A stretch of DNA of 64,000 nt from Dudresnaya verticillata (lineage: Eukaryota), in the NCBI GenBank assembly GCA_977862235.1, contig OZ374557.1, positions 744,001-808,000 of the forward strand, in the 5' to 3' direction. How positions within the stretch are numbered: position 1 is the first letter of the stretch; each line of letters begins with the position of its first letter. Positions 34,785 to 46,280 of the stretch are shown here, one piece after another. Under the pieces are notes generated by a model. It was not told the DNA's origin, made no database searches, and saw only the letters and a program-made list of their open reading frames with translations. The translations under genes and the position numbers were made by a program.

Positions 34785-37408
34785 TTGTTTCACCTTAAGA
34801 GCCAGTGGCGTAAGCGAAGTTGCGTCGTTGACGATATGCCGACGTTCAATGGTGTGCAGGTCGCGGCAGCCTCGGCCGCGCCGGTATACTTATCTCCATA
34901 CGACTTCGTCGGGAAGAACCCGCAGGATCACGGGGACATCTTCGCGCAGGCCCCCTGGTTCGACCAGGAGGCCTTGCGCAATGAGGAGCTCATTGCTCAT
35001 TACGCTACTAGCGGATTTTTGCCGGGGGGACTCCCCCTTGCCGTCGTCTGGACGATGGATTGGAAGTTGCGCGGCGCGGTGCCGGCCGAGTGGCTGTGGG
35101 TTCGCGCAGGGCAATCTCGTACGGGCGTTCATGCCAAGTTCGTCGCAGACGTGTATCGCCGCTCGACGCGTTACCCGTGCTCGGCGTTAACGCCGGCCAT
35201 TTTTGAGTTTGATGCCGGTCAATACCGGACCAATGGCGAGATCGAATATGGGAATCGTCTAGGGACGTTATCGCTCAAACACCTGAGCGTTTCGGCAGAG
35301 CCGCGCATCAGACAGGAGGCCTACCTCCTGGAAGTACGCTGGAAAGCGGATTTCCGTTACCAACACCGAACGGGGACGTTCTTTTGGGAACGGTGCATGC
35401 GTTGGGAATGTGAAACGCGTCGCCGAAAGGGCGTTTTTGTGGCCTACCAGGATATGCAGGTCGATCATATCGAACGCAGTAAGTTGCCTCACTGCTTCGT
35501 GAAGGTACCGCCCGTTTGGCGAGAGTTCGTAATTTGCGAAGGTTTCGCTGCCGAACGTCCTCCGTGTCTCACGTATATCGGGTCGGAGTTAATGACGGAC
35601 CCGTACTCCAAATGGTGGGTGATGTTCTACACCGAATGGGTGGCAAACGTAGCGTACGCATGGATGTGGGAGGTGTATGACACCTTCCGCATGTATTATC
35701 TGCCACCTCGCGTAGTTGCGTCTCTTGGTGGCCTGTACCTAGCTGAGGCGGGTCGAGGAACAGCCAGGAGTTCTGGGATTTGCGCTCAGTAGCGGATGAA
35801 ATTAACTGGAACGACCCGGCGATGGTGCCGTTAGGGAACAACCGTCGTAAGACGAACCGCCCGCGATTCGCGATGAGTCGTACTCACTCCGCCTGTGGCG
35901 ATTGGATCCATTATAATTGTTGAGAGTTGAGAAGTTGGCTTGGTTGCTTACTTGTGTCTACCTCTATTCACTTCAATGTGCGAGGTAACTTATACTACTC
36001 GTGGGTAGCCAAACTCTCTAAAGCTTCAATACTACAAAGGGTAACTCCTACATTTGGTTACCTCCGAATTTGGTGAAGGCCAAATTCGTGTGTATCTCGA
36101 TTGAGGACGCACTGCAGTTGTTACTGCTTTTGACAATAATCCATGGACAAAGCGTCGTACGACGAAGAACGTTGCGGAACGCCATCGCAAAATGGACCGC
36201 TTCACACCGGGTAATCACCCGCGTGGTTTGCGTAAGAGCTGCGACTTTTTCGGTGCTTTTCCTCCGCATTTGAGTGCCTTGATGGCTGAGAAAGATGCTT
36301 TTAACGCCGATGGCGAACCGGGGAACCCGTCTGGGACGGCTGTCGCTACGCCTATGACGGTTCAGTCATCTGCCGAGGCTGCGGCTCCACCATTAGCTGT
36401 GCCGCAAGGGTCTGCTGGTGGTGTTGGGGTATCAGCTGGCTCGCAAGCTGTGGCACCCTTGGACCTTGCGGCTCCCGTCTCGGACGTTGATGGCGATGCC
36501 GTTATGGCGACGCCAATAGTCGAGTCGGCGCCGCCGACAGTAACACCTCAAGGCGTAGTATCAAACGTCATAGACGGATCTGTGAAGGCGCCCTCGGTGC
36601 CAGTCTGGACCGAGGAACAGCGCCGCACCGTGCCCGCCTTATTAAGAGCAGCTGGAGTCGCTACTAGGGGTTTGAGTGGCTCGCCCACTGAGTGGGTGAG
36701 CCAGGCGCTGGCGGCTGCGTCGCGACCCCAGAGTGCTTCGGTGCCGGTGCCGATGGTTGGTGTTGGTTCTGCGTCGAAAGACGGTGCAGATGGAAAGTCG
36801 TCATGCCTAAGGCGACTGGTTCAGCGTCCAAAGACGTAATGGCTACTGTACCGCCAGCGGCGACCGAAGCAGATGTCGCTACAACGTCTCCGACGGTTGA
36901 GGAGGGTCCAGTGGCTCCTGCGTTGATGACGGATATAGAACCAATGACGCCAAATGCGGGTGAGGGGTCAACGTCGGTTCAGACGGTTGCGACAGTTGCG
37001 CCGAAGGCGGTAGGTTCTGCGACGACGCCGAAGGCGAGTGATGAGTTGAACTCTACGCCAAAGGCGGTTGTGGTTGCTTCATCGTCCAAGGGGACAGTCC
37101 CTGCAACGGCGCCGAGGGCGGATGTTATCGGGGCGGCGCCGGAGGCGAATGACCGACTTGGTTCTGCGCCATCGGCGGTTGGCAAAGCCAAAGAGGCTTC
37201 GCCGCCTAAGGCGGGTGGTGAGTCGAACTCTTCGCCAGCGGCGTATATTTCTCCTTCAGCTGTGGCGGTGGCGGTGCCTTTGCGGTCCGTCCCTGTTGCT
37301 GCTGTGGGTGTGCCGTTGGTGACGAAAGACGACCTCTATGAAGAGGCGTTGAGGGAGTCCGCCGAGGGCGATGGTGCGGCGGACTCGGCAAAACCGTCTG
37401 TGACGTGA
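34785..37408 (+). pseudogene. Antisense accessory ORF of Gypsy-1 (Trp-rich domain + Ala/Pro/Val-rich tail), disrupted
   Basis: ORFs 34785-35792, 36192-36839 and 36692-37408; clear homology to 56904-58448. Confidence 0.75.
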
Positions 37409-38040
37409 CCTAGTTAGCGTCGTTTAGGGCGGAAGGCCTTTGCGGGGGTGCGTATTATGGTACCTTGTCGACTCCTTTGCGGAGTCGGGAGGTAGGGCAT
37501 CGTACGTCGTTGACGAATGTGTTGAATGTTTTGCGGCGTTTAGCCGCCGTGGCTTGTAGCTTGGGCGCGGGACTTCCCCGTTGCTTAGCCCGAATACATT
37601 GTATCGTTGGTAACGTAGTTTGGTTTCGTCCCGCTGCAACCGTCGTGTTGCAGCCGTCGCGTTGTAGTGTGTTGCCACCGCGTTTCTTGTTTCATCATGA
37701 CGACGTTATCGTATTAGTCGCCGAGAGACGTTACTTGGGCGTTGTACCTCCCTTCTTTGTTCGCTGCATTAGCGTTGGGTAGCGCGCCAGGGGCGTTTAG
37801 GGGTTTAGCGACGTTGTCGGGGCCGAGCCTCTTGGTTAACTCGCTTAGCGAAGCGTTTCTTTGCGTTGCATTTCCTCCTGCCACGCTCGACGAAGACGTC
37901 ATGGGGGACTCGCTCAGGGCGTTGTTGAGTTCGGACCGCGGCTTGCGCGTGAGTGTGGCCCATTTGCGACGCCTGGGGCGTATTCTCTTCTCGCTTGGTG
38001 CGCTGTACTTAGTTGTGCACGTCGTCGCTGACGGAGGTTG

Positions 38041-38100
38041 GCGTGTGGTAGGTGAGGTCAGCCTGTGGTAGGTGAGGTCAGCGTGTGGTAGATGAGGTCA
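38041..38100 (+). repeat. 20-bp tandem repeat, three copies
   Basis: GCGTGTGGTAGGTGAGGTCA, three near-identical copies. Confidence 0.95.
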
Positions 38101-38877
38101 GAGCCTTGTTCCTCGTCTCTGACGTTTTCTTCCGAGGGTGGGGAATGGTCGTCGCTCGACTGTGGCGGCCATTCCCAGCGGCGGAGCCATTGCGCGATTT
38201 GGTTAGCGATTTGGTTGTGCGTCGTGCACGGAACCGTGATAAACGCGTCCTTGACAAGTCACTCCCCCCCTTTGTCGGCGGGTTTGGCGGCGTGCCCCTG
38301 CTTCGGGAGGTGTGTTGGCGGCGGAGTGCGTGTGTTCGTGCCCGGCCGAGCCGTTCGCTGGCTGGGTAAGGGAAGGCCACAGCGACTTGGCCGTGGCGCG
38401 CGGGCGTGCGGCAACGTCGGAGACGGTTCGTGCGCGTTGCGAAGTGCGTCTGGCGTCGTGCGTGCCGGTAGCACCCGTGTGGCCACCTGGCATACCTTGT
38501 TTGGTATAGTGGTTGATTGTCGGGTAGTGCGCCTCCTCGTTGTTTGCGCATTAAACTTTCGAGCTCTAGTCTGCGTCTGGCAACGGGATTGGTGGGGCGC
38601 GTACCTCTGCGAGTGATCTGGAGCCGCTGTCAGCCACCCTCGCATCCGGGGCGCTGTATGAGGGCCGTTTGGTGTCGCTGTCTTTGACGCCCGCTTTGCG
38701 TTCGGCTCCGTTGGTGACGTGTGTGCTTGGATGTCGCCGACAGCCACGGCGGGTCTGCTCGCGTCCACGTACGTTAGAGGGGGCTTCCACGCCATTGGCG
38801 ACGTTTGCGTCCCCGCGTAGTCTCCGAGTCTCCGAACGTCAGTGCATTCGCTTTTAGCGTTGTTTTCCCGACTGGGG

Positions 38878-40635
38878 TTATCCGCGCTGGGCGTCTTCAA
38901 TATTCGGTGGCAGGCGCGTGTGCTTCCGTCGATGGTACCGCACGGCGTGTGATCGCGGCAAACTGGACACGGGCTCCCAGGTGTTCGCTGAAGCGGGGTA
39001 CCCAAACCACTTGACGCGGTAGAGGATCTCACCATCATCCGCGTATGCGTGCGACTCGATACGTTCGATAACGTATTCCTTCCCGCTCACAGCGATCGGC
39101 TTGGACCGGTGCCCTTCCGGCGCCTTTGGCGGTTCGTCTCGTTGCGTGATGGATGTCTGTGCCGGTTCGGCGAAACGTACTCGACGGGTTGATCGCCGAA
39201 GGCGTTGCGCTTGGGCTTCGGACGCTCGATCAGCGGTCAATGGGCTGCTGCGTCGTGAGACGAGTCCATCGCTTGCAGCGCCTTGCTTCGTGCTTGCACG
39301 GTTAACGTCTTCGTTATCGGACGCGCTTTCAGCGGAGTCGTTGTTCTCATTTGGCGGTGCCGTAGCGACGTGTTCCAAACGGGTGCGAACCCCTGGGGTA
39401 TTGTCGTCGTTGGAGACGGATTGCGAAGCGCGGTCGTCGGGGTCGGCGGCGAAGGGCGAAAGCTCTGCCAACCCACGACTGCGTGGCGTTGCGGTTGTAC
39501 GCTCTTGCGGATCTCCCGCAGTATGCGAAGTCTCTGCGTCCCCCTCCGGGTCCGCTGGTGGCGTGCTTGGGGTAGTCGTCCCTTCGTCCTGTGACGTGGG
39601 GGCGACTGCTTCTTGCTCCTCAGGCGGGCCTGGTGGTACGACGATTGGAGGGGCCGCCTGACCCGGTGGGGTCGGCGCCCAGACCACGCGGTCTCGGGAC
39701 AAACGTTCCCGCTCATCACGTCCCTTGTCGACGGTTACCGTCTCGTTATCAACGTGAGTTACCCGGTATGGTCCGTCCGCCACTTTCGTCAGCTTATGCT
39801 TACGCTCTGCGCGATCCGCGCTCCCGCCTCGGGCGAAGTATTCCTTACGTACGAATACGAAGTCGCCTACGGCGATTGCTTCCTTCGATTTCCTTAATCG
39901 GGTGTCGACGTTTCGTTTGTAACGTGCTTGAGTTTTCTCTAACGACGCTTTAGCGGTTCCCATCAGTGCGGCCAGCCAGGTTCGCCACTTGGTGTAGTAT
40001 TGCCCCGCGGTGGGTACGCTTTCGAGCGAAGGTTCCGCTTCGAGCGACAGTGGCCGTGGTGGCTTAGACAGCACCAATTCAAACGGAGCGAGATGCGTAG
40101 ACGAATGCAACTGTGTGTTGTATGCGAACATCAAGGCATCCGTGAACAGGTCCCAGTCTCTCGGATGATCCGCAACGTAGTGACGCAGTGAGGCCAGGAT
40201 AGTTCGATTAAATCGTTCTACGTGGCCATTGCATTGCGGATGGTACGTCGTGGTGAAGAGATTCTCCACTCCCAAAAGACGGCAGATATCCTGAAACAGC
40301 TTAGCCACAAACTGTGGTCCGTTGACGGACAACAGTTTCTTGGGAGGACCGTACACGAAGACCCAATGTCGTACAAACGCCTTAGCGATTTCCAAGGCCG
40401 TAATACTACGCAGTGGGACCGTCCGGAACAGCTTCGAGAAGCGGTCTACAATGACGAGTAGGAACTTGTTTCCTCGCTTCGTGCGTATGAGTTCGCCCAG
40501 GATGTCGATCGATACGAATTCGAGAGGCTCGGTTGCCGGGAACAACTTCAATTGCTTGGTGTTCTTTCGCAGCAATACGCGATTCTTAGCGCAGGTTACG
40601 CAGTTGCGGACGGTTGCATAGCAGTCCACTGGCAT
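38878..40635 (-). CDS. Gypsy-1 integrase + chromodomain
   Basis: CVTC, VSIDILG, IVDRFSK, YHPQCNGHVERFN and GPY motif; chromodomain EYVIERI...YRVKWFGYPASANTWEP. Confidence 0.95.
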   Translation of the reverse strand: MPVDCYATVRNCVTCAKNRVLLRKNTKQLKLFPATEPLEFVSIDILGELIRTKRGNKFLLVIVDRFSKLFRTVPLRSITALEIAKAFVRHWVFVYGPPKKLLSVNGPQFVAKLFQDICRLLGVENLFTTTYHPQCNGHVERFNRTILASLRHYVADHPRDWDLFTDALMFAYNTQLHSSTHLAPFELVLSKPPRPLSLEAEPSLESVPTAGQYYTKWRTWLAALMGTAKASLEKTQARYKRNVDTRLRKSKEAIAVGDFVFVRKEYFARGGSADRAERKHKLTKVADGPYRVTHVDNETVTVDKGRDERERLSRDRVVWAPTPPGQAAPPIVVPPGPPEEQEAVAPTSQDEGTTTPSTPPADPEGDAETSHTAGDPQERTTATPRSRGLAELSPFAADPDDRASQSVSNDDNTPGVRTRLEHVATAPPNENNDSAESASDNEDVNRASTKQGAASDGLVSRRSSPLTADRASEAQAQRLRRSTRRVRFAEPAQTSITQRDEPPKAPEGHRSKPIAVSGKEYVIERIESHAYADDGEILYRVKWFGYPASANTWEPVSSLPRSHAVRYHRRKHTRLPPNIEDAQRG

Positions 40636-42881
40636 CGATGGCCAATATTATTCGCGTCGAAGCGTATGATACAACTTACGCCCCCTGGGTGCCCTGCCAA
40701 CTTGGCGTGGTGCCGGAGGTGGAGTAAGCGAGCGCGTAACGCGGAGGGTACGACCAATTGCGGACGGACTTCCACTGTTCGGACCAACAGGCCCTGTTCA
40801 TCCGTTGCGAACGGTAAGATTATCCCGTCATCCAGACGTTTCCTGACATCGTTACAGTATTTGTCATCGCCTTGGGCGTGTATCAACTCTTCATGCGTCA
40901 CTTGACGAAGGAGTACCTCATCCGCCGGTGGCGTGTTGTGGATCAACACTTGGTCGAACTCTTCGAACTCTCGTTCGGTGAAGTCGACCTCGCCTTCGGC
41001 GCCTGACAGATCGTCTTGTGACGTTTCATGGCCGTCTTCGACGTAGCTTCCGTGATAGCACGGTATATCATCATCAATGGGCTCGACGGTTTCTCCCTTC
41101 GTCTGTAGACGCGAAAGGGCATCTGCCTGAGTATTCAGGTACCCCTTTTTGTACTTCACGACAAAGTCGAACTCGGAAAGGCGAAGACGCCACCGCATTA
41201 ACCGTCCAGAGGGGTCGCTGATTTCCATCAGCCACCTCAGCGACGAATGGTCCGTATGGACTGTGAACGACTCCATCTGGAGGTAAGGTCGCAGTGTCAT
41301 GACGGACCATACTACTGCGAGGCACTCCTTTTCGGATACCGAGTAATTACGCTCTGGAGTGGTGAGCGAGCGGGACCAGAAGCCGAGCGGCTTACGTTCC
41401 CCGTCGGGCTGCGTTTGAAAGAGAGCGCAGCCGACCTGATACTCGCTTGCGTCACAATCGACGGAATAGGGGAGACCCTGCTGTGGTAGCGCCAGTATAG
41501 GCGGATGAGTCACGGCCTCGACGAGCGTACTGAACGCTTTGGCTTGTGTCTCATCAAACGGTTGTAACCGGAAGTCCTGTTCCTTCCTCAGCAACTTGTT
41601 GAGGGGGGCAGCGACATGCGCGTATCGCGAGACGAACCGTCTGTAGACGTTACAAAGACCGAGGAAACTCCGTAGCTCCTTCTGATCCCGTGGATACTTG
41701 GCTTCGCGTAGCGCGGCAGTGACAGTTCGGTCAACTTCTAACCGTCCTGGACGTATGACGAGGCCTAAGTAGTTGACGGTCGGGGAGAAGAAGTCACACT
41801 TGGTCAACTTCAGAGTCACCCCGGCACGGTGCAATGTCGAAAGGATCTCGTCAACATGACGGAAGTGACTGTCGATATCGCTGGAGAAGATTATTACGTC
41901 ATCGAGGTAGACGAGGCACGAACGCAACTTGTAACCAGCGAGTAGTATGTCCAACGTTCGTTGAAACGTAGCGGGTGCGTTCGTGAGACCGAATGGCATA
42001 CGCTTATAGCGGAACAGTCCGGCGTGGCACGTGAACGCAGTCTTATCGCGGTCTCGCGGATTGATCGGCACTTGCCAGTACCCACTGTTACAGTCTAGGG
42101 TGGTGAAGACGTCTGCTTCGCCTAGACTGTCGATGCATTCGTCGATACGCGGCAGCGGGCACGTGTCTCGTACGGTTACTGCGTTTAAACGACGGTAGTC
42201 TACGCAAAAGCGGAGGGTCCCGTCCTTCTTGGGGGCGAAGACCACTGGTGACGCCCGCAGCGATTGTGCGGGTTCGATAACCCCTTGACGCAGCATGCGG
42301 TCCACTTCCGCTTGAGCGAGTTGTCTTTGCTTCGGCCCAGCTCGGTAGGTCGGGGAAGATATCGGTCTAGAGCCGGGAAGCAAGTCGATGTAGTGCTCCG
42401 TGGTTGAGATTTCTCCCAACGAACCGTCCCACATAGACGAATAGTTGCGTAACATCTCCTTAACCCGGCCTTGATGCTCGGCGGGGAGATGTCCCAGGTC
42501 CAAATCGTCTACTGACGGAGGCTTGGCAGTGGTTGCCTTGATAGACTTCGTGAAAGTATCCGGCTGTGCCGTAGTATCATCGTTCGTTGGAAAACGGAAA
42601 TCTTGGTTCGCCTTCTCTTCCTCGGCCTGTTCCTCTGTGAGGCCCAAAACATCGGCTAGACTTACGTGACTGGGGAACACTGCTGTCGGATGTGGTAACG
42701 CCGTCGCGACGACTTGGCCCTTAGCCAGCGCCTGCAGGCGGGGAGAGAAGTTGGCAACCAGAATGCGAAACGCTTTTAGCGGCTCCGCTTGAGCAATCCC
42801 GTTCGTAACGGCCAGACCTTGTTTGTCGTACAGCGTTCCGAACGGTTGAATTGTGATGATGCCGGCGCGCTCGGTGGTCAC
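40596..42881 (-). CDS. Gypsy-1 reverse transcriptase-RNase H
   Basis: LRFCVDYRRLN, LDCNSGYWQ, MPFGLTNAPATFQR, YLDD, DAS, TDH, ADALSR. Confidence 0.97.
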   Translation of the reverse strand: MTTERAGIITIQPFGTLYDKQGLAVTNGIAQAEPLKAFRILVANFSPRLQALAKGQVVATALPHPTAVFPSHVSLADVLGLTEEQAEEEKANQDFRFPTNDDTTAQPDTFTKSIKATTAKPPSVDDLDLGHLPAEHQGRVKEMLRNYSSMWDGSLGEISTTEHYIDLLPGSRPISSPTYRAGPKQRQLAQAEVDRMLRQGVIEPAQSLRASPVVFAPKKDGTLRFCVDYRRLNAVTVRDTCPLPRIDECIDSLGEADVFTTLDCNSGYWQVPINPRDRDKTAFTCHAGLFRYKRMPFGLTNAPATFQRTLDILLAGYKLRSCLVYLDDVIIFSSDIDSHFRHVDEILSTLHRAGVTLKLTKCDFFSPTVNYLGLVIRPGRLEVDRTVTAALREAKYPRDQKELRSFLGLCNVYRRFVSRYAHVAAPLNKLLRKEQDFRLQPFDETQAKAFSTLVEAVTHPPILALPQQGLPYSVDCDASEYQVGCALFQTQPDGERKPLGFWSRSLTTPERNYSVSEKECLAVVWSVMTLRPYLQMESFTVHTDHSSLRWLMEISDPSGRLMRWRLRLSEFDFVVKYKKGYLNTQADALSRLQTKGETVEPIDDDIPCYHGSYVEDGHETSQDDLSGAEGEVDFTEREFEEFDQVLIHNTPPADEVLLRQVTHEELIHAQGDDKYCNDVRKRLDDGIILPFATDEQGLLVRTVEVRPQLVVPSALRARLLHLRHHAKLAGHPGGVSCIIRFDANNIGHRCQWTAMQPSATA

Positions 42882-42965
42882 CGATACCCATTGCTGCGCC
42901 TTAGGCGGGATGATCGCGCGCTCGGCGACTCGGATCTTGGGCGACGTCCTCCCTTCGGCCTTGCC

Positions 42966-43370
42966 CTATTCCTGTTCCGTTGGCAACGGAGGATACGACA
43001 GGGGTCGGCGCAGCGGGCGGCGCGTTATAGGGACACGAGTCCCGTCATCCAATTCAACCTCGCGACTTCGCGGATATATTGCTTCGACGAAGCGGTCGCA
43101 AAAGTCGCAGCCGAGTATAACCGGCGCAGCGAGTCGTTCGCAAACGATCAGTTCCAACTTGACGACTATCCGTCCTAGACGAACGACCAGGTCGACGGTG
43201 CCTCTTGTCTGGATCGCCTTATTGTTGGCGTCGGCTATGACGGGGAGGCTCTTTGCCACGATGCGCGACCGCGCTTCCAGCGGAATTTCGTCAATGCGAA
43301 TGAAATTCGGACCAGCCCCCGTGTCGAGGACAGTGAGTTTACGTGCCAAGGTCCTAACGGTTGTGCCCAA
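42966..43370 (-). CDS. Gypsy-1 aspartic protease (frameshifted from RT)
   Basis: VLDTGAG and VILGCDF. Confidence 0.9.
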   Translation of the reverse strand: MGTTVRTLARKLTVLDTGAGPNFIRIDEIPLEARSRIVAKSLPVIADANNKAIQTRGTVDLVVRLGRIVVKLELIVCERLAAPVILGCDFCDRFVEAIYPRSREVELDDGTRVPITRRPLRRPLSYPPLPTEQE

Positions 43371-43593
43371 ATCGGCTTACACCCTATAGTTCCTTTTGGC
43401 CATTACGAACAACTGCCCTCGCGCCCGGGGGGCTGGTACCTTCGCCATGGGCGTTTTAATGACGTCTGTGACGACTCTATCCGCCCATTGGCGTCATCAG
43501 TAACTAACTTCGGGCCCTCCTGCCGTGTCAGCACCCGAGGCCTAGGCCTCTCTTCGCGGGGCGACACCCCAGTGTCAGGATTTGGTGCCCGAG

Positions 43594-45968
43594 TTAGTTT
43601 TTCGCCTGCGGCGGTGGTTGTGGCGCTACATAGCGATTGAGCATCGTCGGATGACGTTCTGCCGCGTGCGGCATGGGTCCGCCTCGTGGCAATTGTGGTC
43701 GTGCAGTACGGTGAGCAGCGTCGCGGGTAGCGCGTTCCTTGCAACGTAAATACGCATTAGCGGGGACACCAGCCTTCTCGGCCTCTGTTAGTCCTTCATA
43801 GTTGGTAATAAACTTCATGAAGTCGCTCATGCGGAGGAAGCAGTCCGGCGCGATGTGTCCGCGGGCGTAGCATTGGTGGCATACCAGCTGCCGACGTGCG
43901 TCTTGACGGGGTGGACCTCTTTCTTGCCATCCGGGCCTTGCTCGGTGAACGTGAGGAGCATACTCTGAATAGGGGACGCGTGGCGCGGGTACGACCGAGC
44001 GCCCAAAGGCGAGAGCGGGGTCCATATCCCTTGCTTCTTCGTCGTCGACGTAGCTGTCCGTCGGGAGGGCCGAGGTTGGCACCGACGCTTGCTCGTCTGC
44101 CAAGTACAGATCGCCTTCGGCGTGTGTTTCCATGTCATCGACAGGGTGGCTAACGTCTCGGAACTCGACGGAAGACTCCGCTATCATAGCGCGCGCTCCA
44201 GGCTTTGAGCCTCTCTTCTGTGGACGCAGTACACCTCGGGCATCGCCGATGGCGGATCGCGGTGTGCGTACAGCTTGAGCCGCGGTCAGTAGGTCACGTC
44301 GTGTTGACGCGGAACCGGCCCTGCCGTGTCGTGCGCGGTTAGCATCCCCTTCGTCCTGTGCGAAGTGGACCAGCCGCTCAAATGACAACTCCGTCCTTGG
44401 CGTTTCTTCTCGGAAGCGAGCGACCAGGGACCTGATCGACGGGTCTAACCCGTCGATGTATAGCGTCATCTTTTCCCAGTCGGGATATACGTTACCGCAA
44501 CGAATACACGCACCGGCTAGCCGCATCCCATAGGTCGTCTCGTCCTCGCCTTGCTTCTGGGCAGTCGATCGTAGGGCGAGGACAGCGTCCCTGATCGCCG
44601 CTGGCGTAGCATAAGTACGGAGGAGGTACTGTACCGCCTCCGGATAGAGGACACCCCGCCGCGATGGCGAGAAGACGTCGACTTGACGGAGCGAAATTGC
44701 GTGGCTGCCGTACCTCGCAAGAAGTACGGCAGTGCGACGAACTCTTGGGCTTCGCTCATCTCCAGCGTATCGGCTTCATCCGCGTAACGCGTCAGGAACT
44801 CGAGGACCATGACGGGGTCGCTGCCGTTGAAGGTGGCGTCCTTCATGGTCAGCTCCAAGCGCGTAATATGGTCCTTGACCTTACCCGTGTCGCGCCCTGA
44901 GCGTTTTTGCCCTACGTCTTTGAGACGATAAGTCCTGTACGATAATAACTGATCGAAAAGGGGGTTGGAGGGGCGTAGCTCCTTCAACCCCTTGAACCGT
45001 TTTCCGCGAGGTCTTGCGGCACTGCCGAGAGCCGGGAAGTCGTCGTCTTCAGACGAAGAGTCTGACGACTCTCCGTCACTTGACGAGTTCGACGAGGATG
45101 AGGATGAGTCCCCACGTCGATGACGGTTCTTCTTCCGTCTCTGACGCAGTTTACGACGGCGTCTCTTCCGATCCTTACGTCTGTGACGATCTTCGAATGA
45201 GCTCTCGTCACCCGACGGTGGACTGTTGCGCCACTTGGCGGTTTCGAGACGCTCTAAGCGAGTCGCAAGTCGCTGAAAGCGTTCGCGTGAGCTAAGCTCA
45301 GAATGCGAACGAACCGTTACTGCCGGCGGTGGTTGTGTACCCTCGCCTTGGGCGTTTTGATTCGTCAATAGACGGTCGAGGTCGGATCGAAGCCCTTGTA
45401 GAGCACCGTTCCAATCCTCTTCCAACGTCTGTAGACGACTTGCGATTCCTCCGACACTGTCGTCCAGCAACCCGGCGAATCTAGCGAGCATCGCATCGTC
45501 CTCCCAGACGCACACCTCTCGGATCCGTTCGCGTGGTATCGTTAAGTTACTCACGCGGACGGCCGAGGGTGACGCCGTTGGCGGTTGGCTTTCGCGGTTT
45601 GACCGGTCGGGCGTCCCTTGCGCCCTTTGACTTGGCGACTTCGGCTTAGCCGGCGAACAACCGGCACTGCCGTGGGGAGTGAGGCAACATGCCCCGTGTG
45701 TCAATGGTTCGTCAACGACGTTGCGCTCCACGGAGTGCCCTTGGTCGCCGTAGACGGGGATGGTTGGTTGATCCGGACGTTCCGGTTGTCCCTCGATTAT
45801 TTCGCCTCGTGTTCCGTCTACGACGTCCTGTTGCTCGGCTTGTACTGTATCAGCCGAGTCAACGTAGGAGCGGTAGGTGCGGAGGGCCAATCCCTCGGGG
45901 ACGGAGGTGCGGACGACGACGGGGTTGCGCGTCGGCGGGGGAGGTAATTCTCCTCCGTTGAGCGACAC
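43594..45968 (-). pseudogene. Gypsy-1 gag (frameshifted) with zinc knuckle
   Basis: FNGSDPVMVLEFL capsid-like region; CHQCYARGHIAPDC. Confidence 0.88.
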
Positions 45969-46260
45969 GTGGGAGCCTGCGTGGCCGTGCTCCGGGGTAG
46001 CGTCGGGAACGCCGACGCGATCTCGGGGCTCACGAGGCGCCCAGACCTCGTTGTCATCCGCTGTAGCGACCGTTCAGACACGGGTACACTCCCAGGCGTC
46101 GAAGACGGTCTTCTTGAACTTGGGCCTCGCGACGACGGCGGTCGTGAGGCCATGATACAATCGTAGAGTTGCTTGAACGTCGTGGACGATTAGCGACAAA
46201 CGTTTGAAGACGGAGGGTCGGACGTCGCACGACGGAGTAACTCGTTGAAACGTAGCACAA

Positions 46261-46278
46261 TTCTAGGTTGGGAGACCA
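46261..46278 (-). promoter_or_regulatory. Primer binding site of Gypsy-1
   Basis: TGGTCTCCCAACCTAGAA 2 nt inside the 5' LTR; complementary to a tRNA ending GGGAGA-CCA (Tyr-like, inferred). Confidence 0.7.
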
Positions 46279-46280
46279 GA

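Noticed and set aside
34785..35792. env gene
   Set aside because: Antisense to pol; no evident signal peptide, furin site or TM anchor.
37424..38870. Many overlapping GC-rich ORFs in the Gypsy-1 3' region
   Set aside because: Expected by chance at high GC; no counterpart in Gypsy-2.
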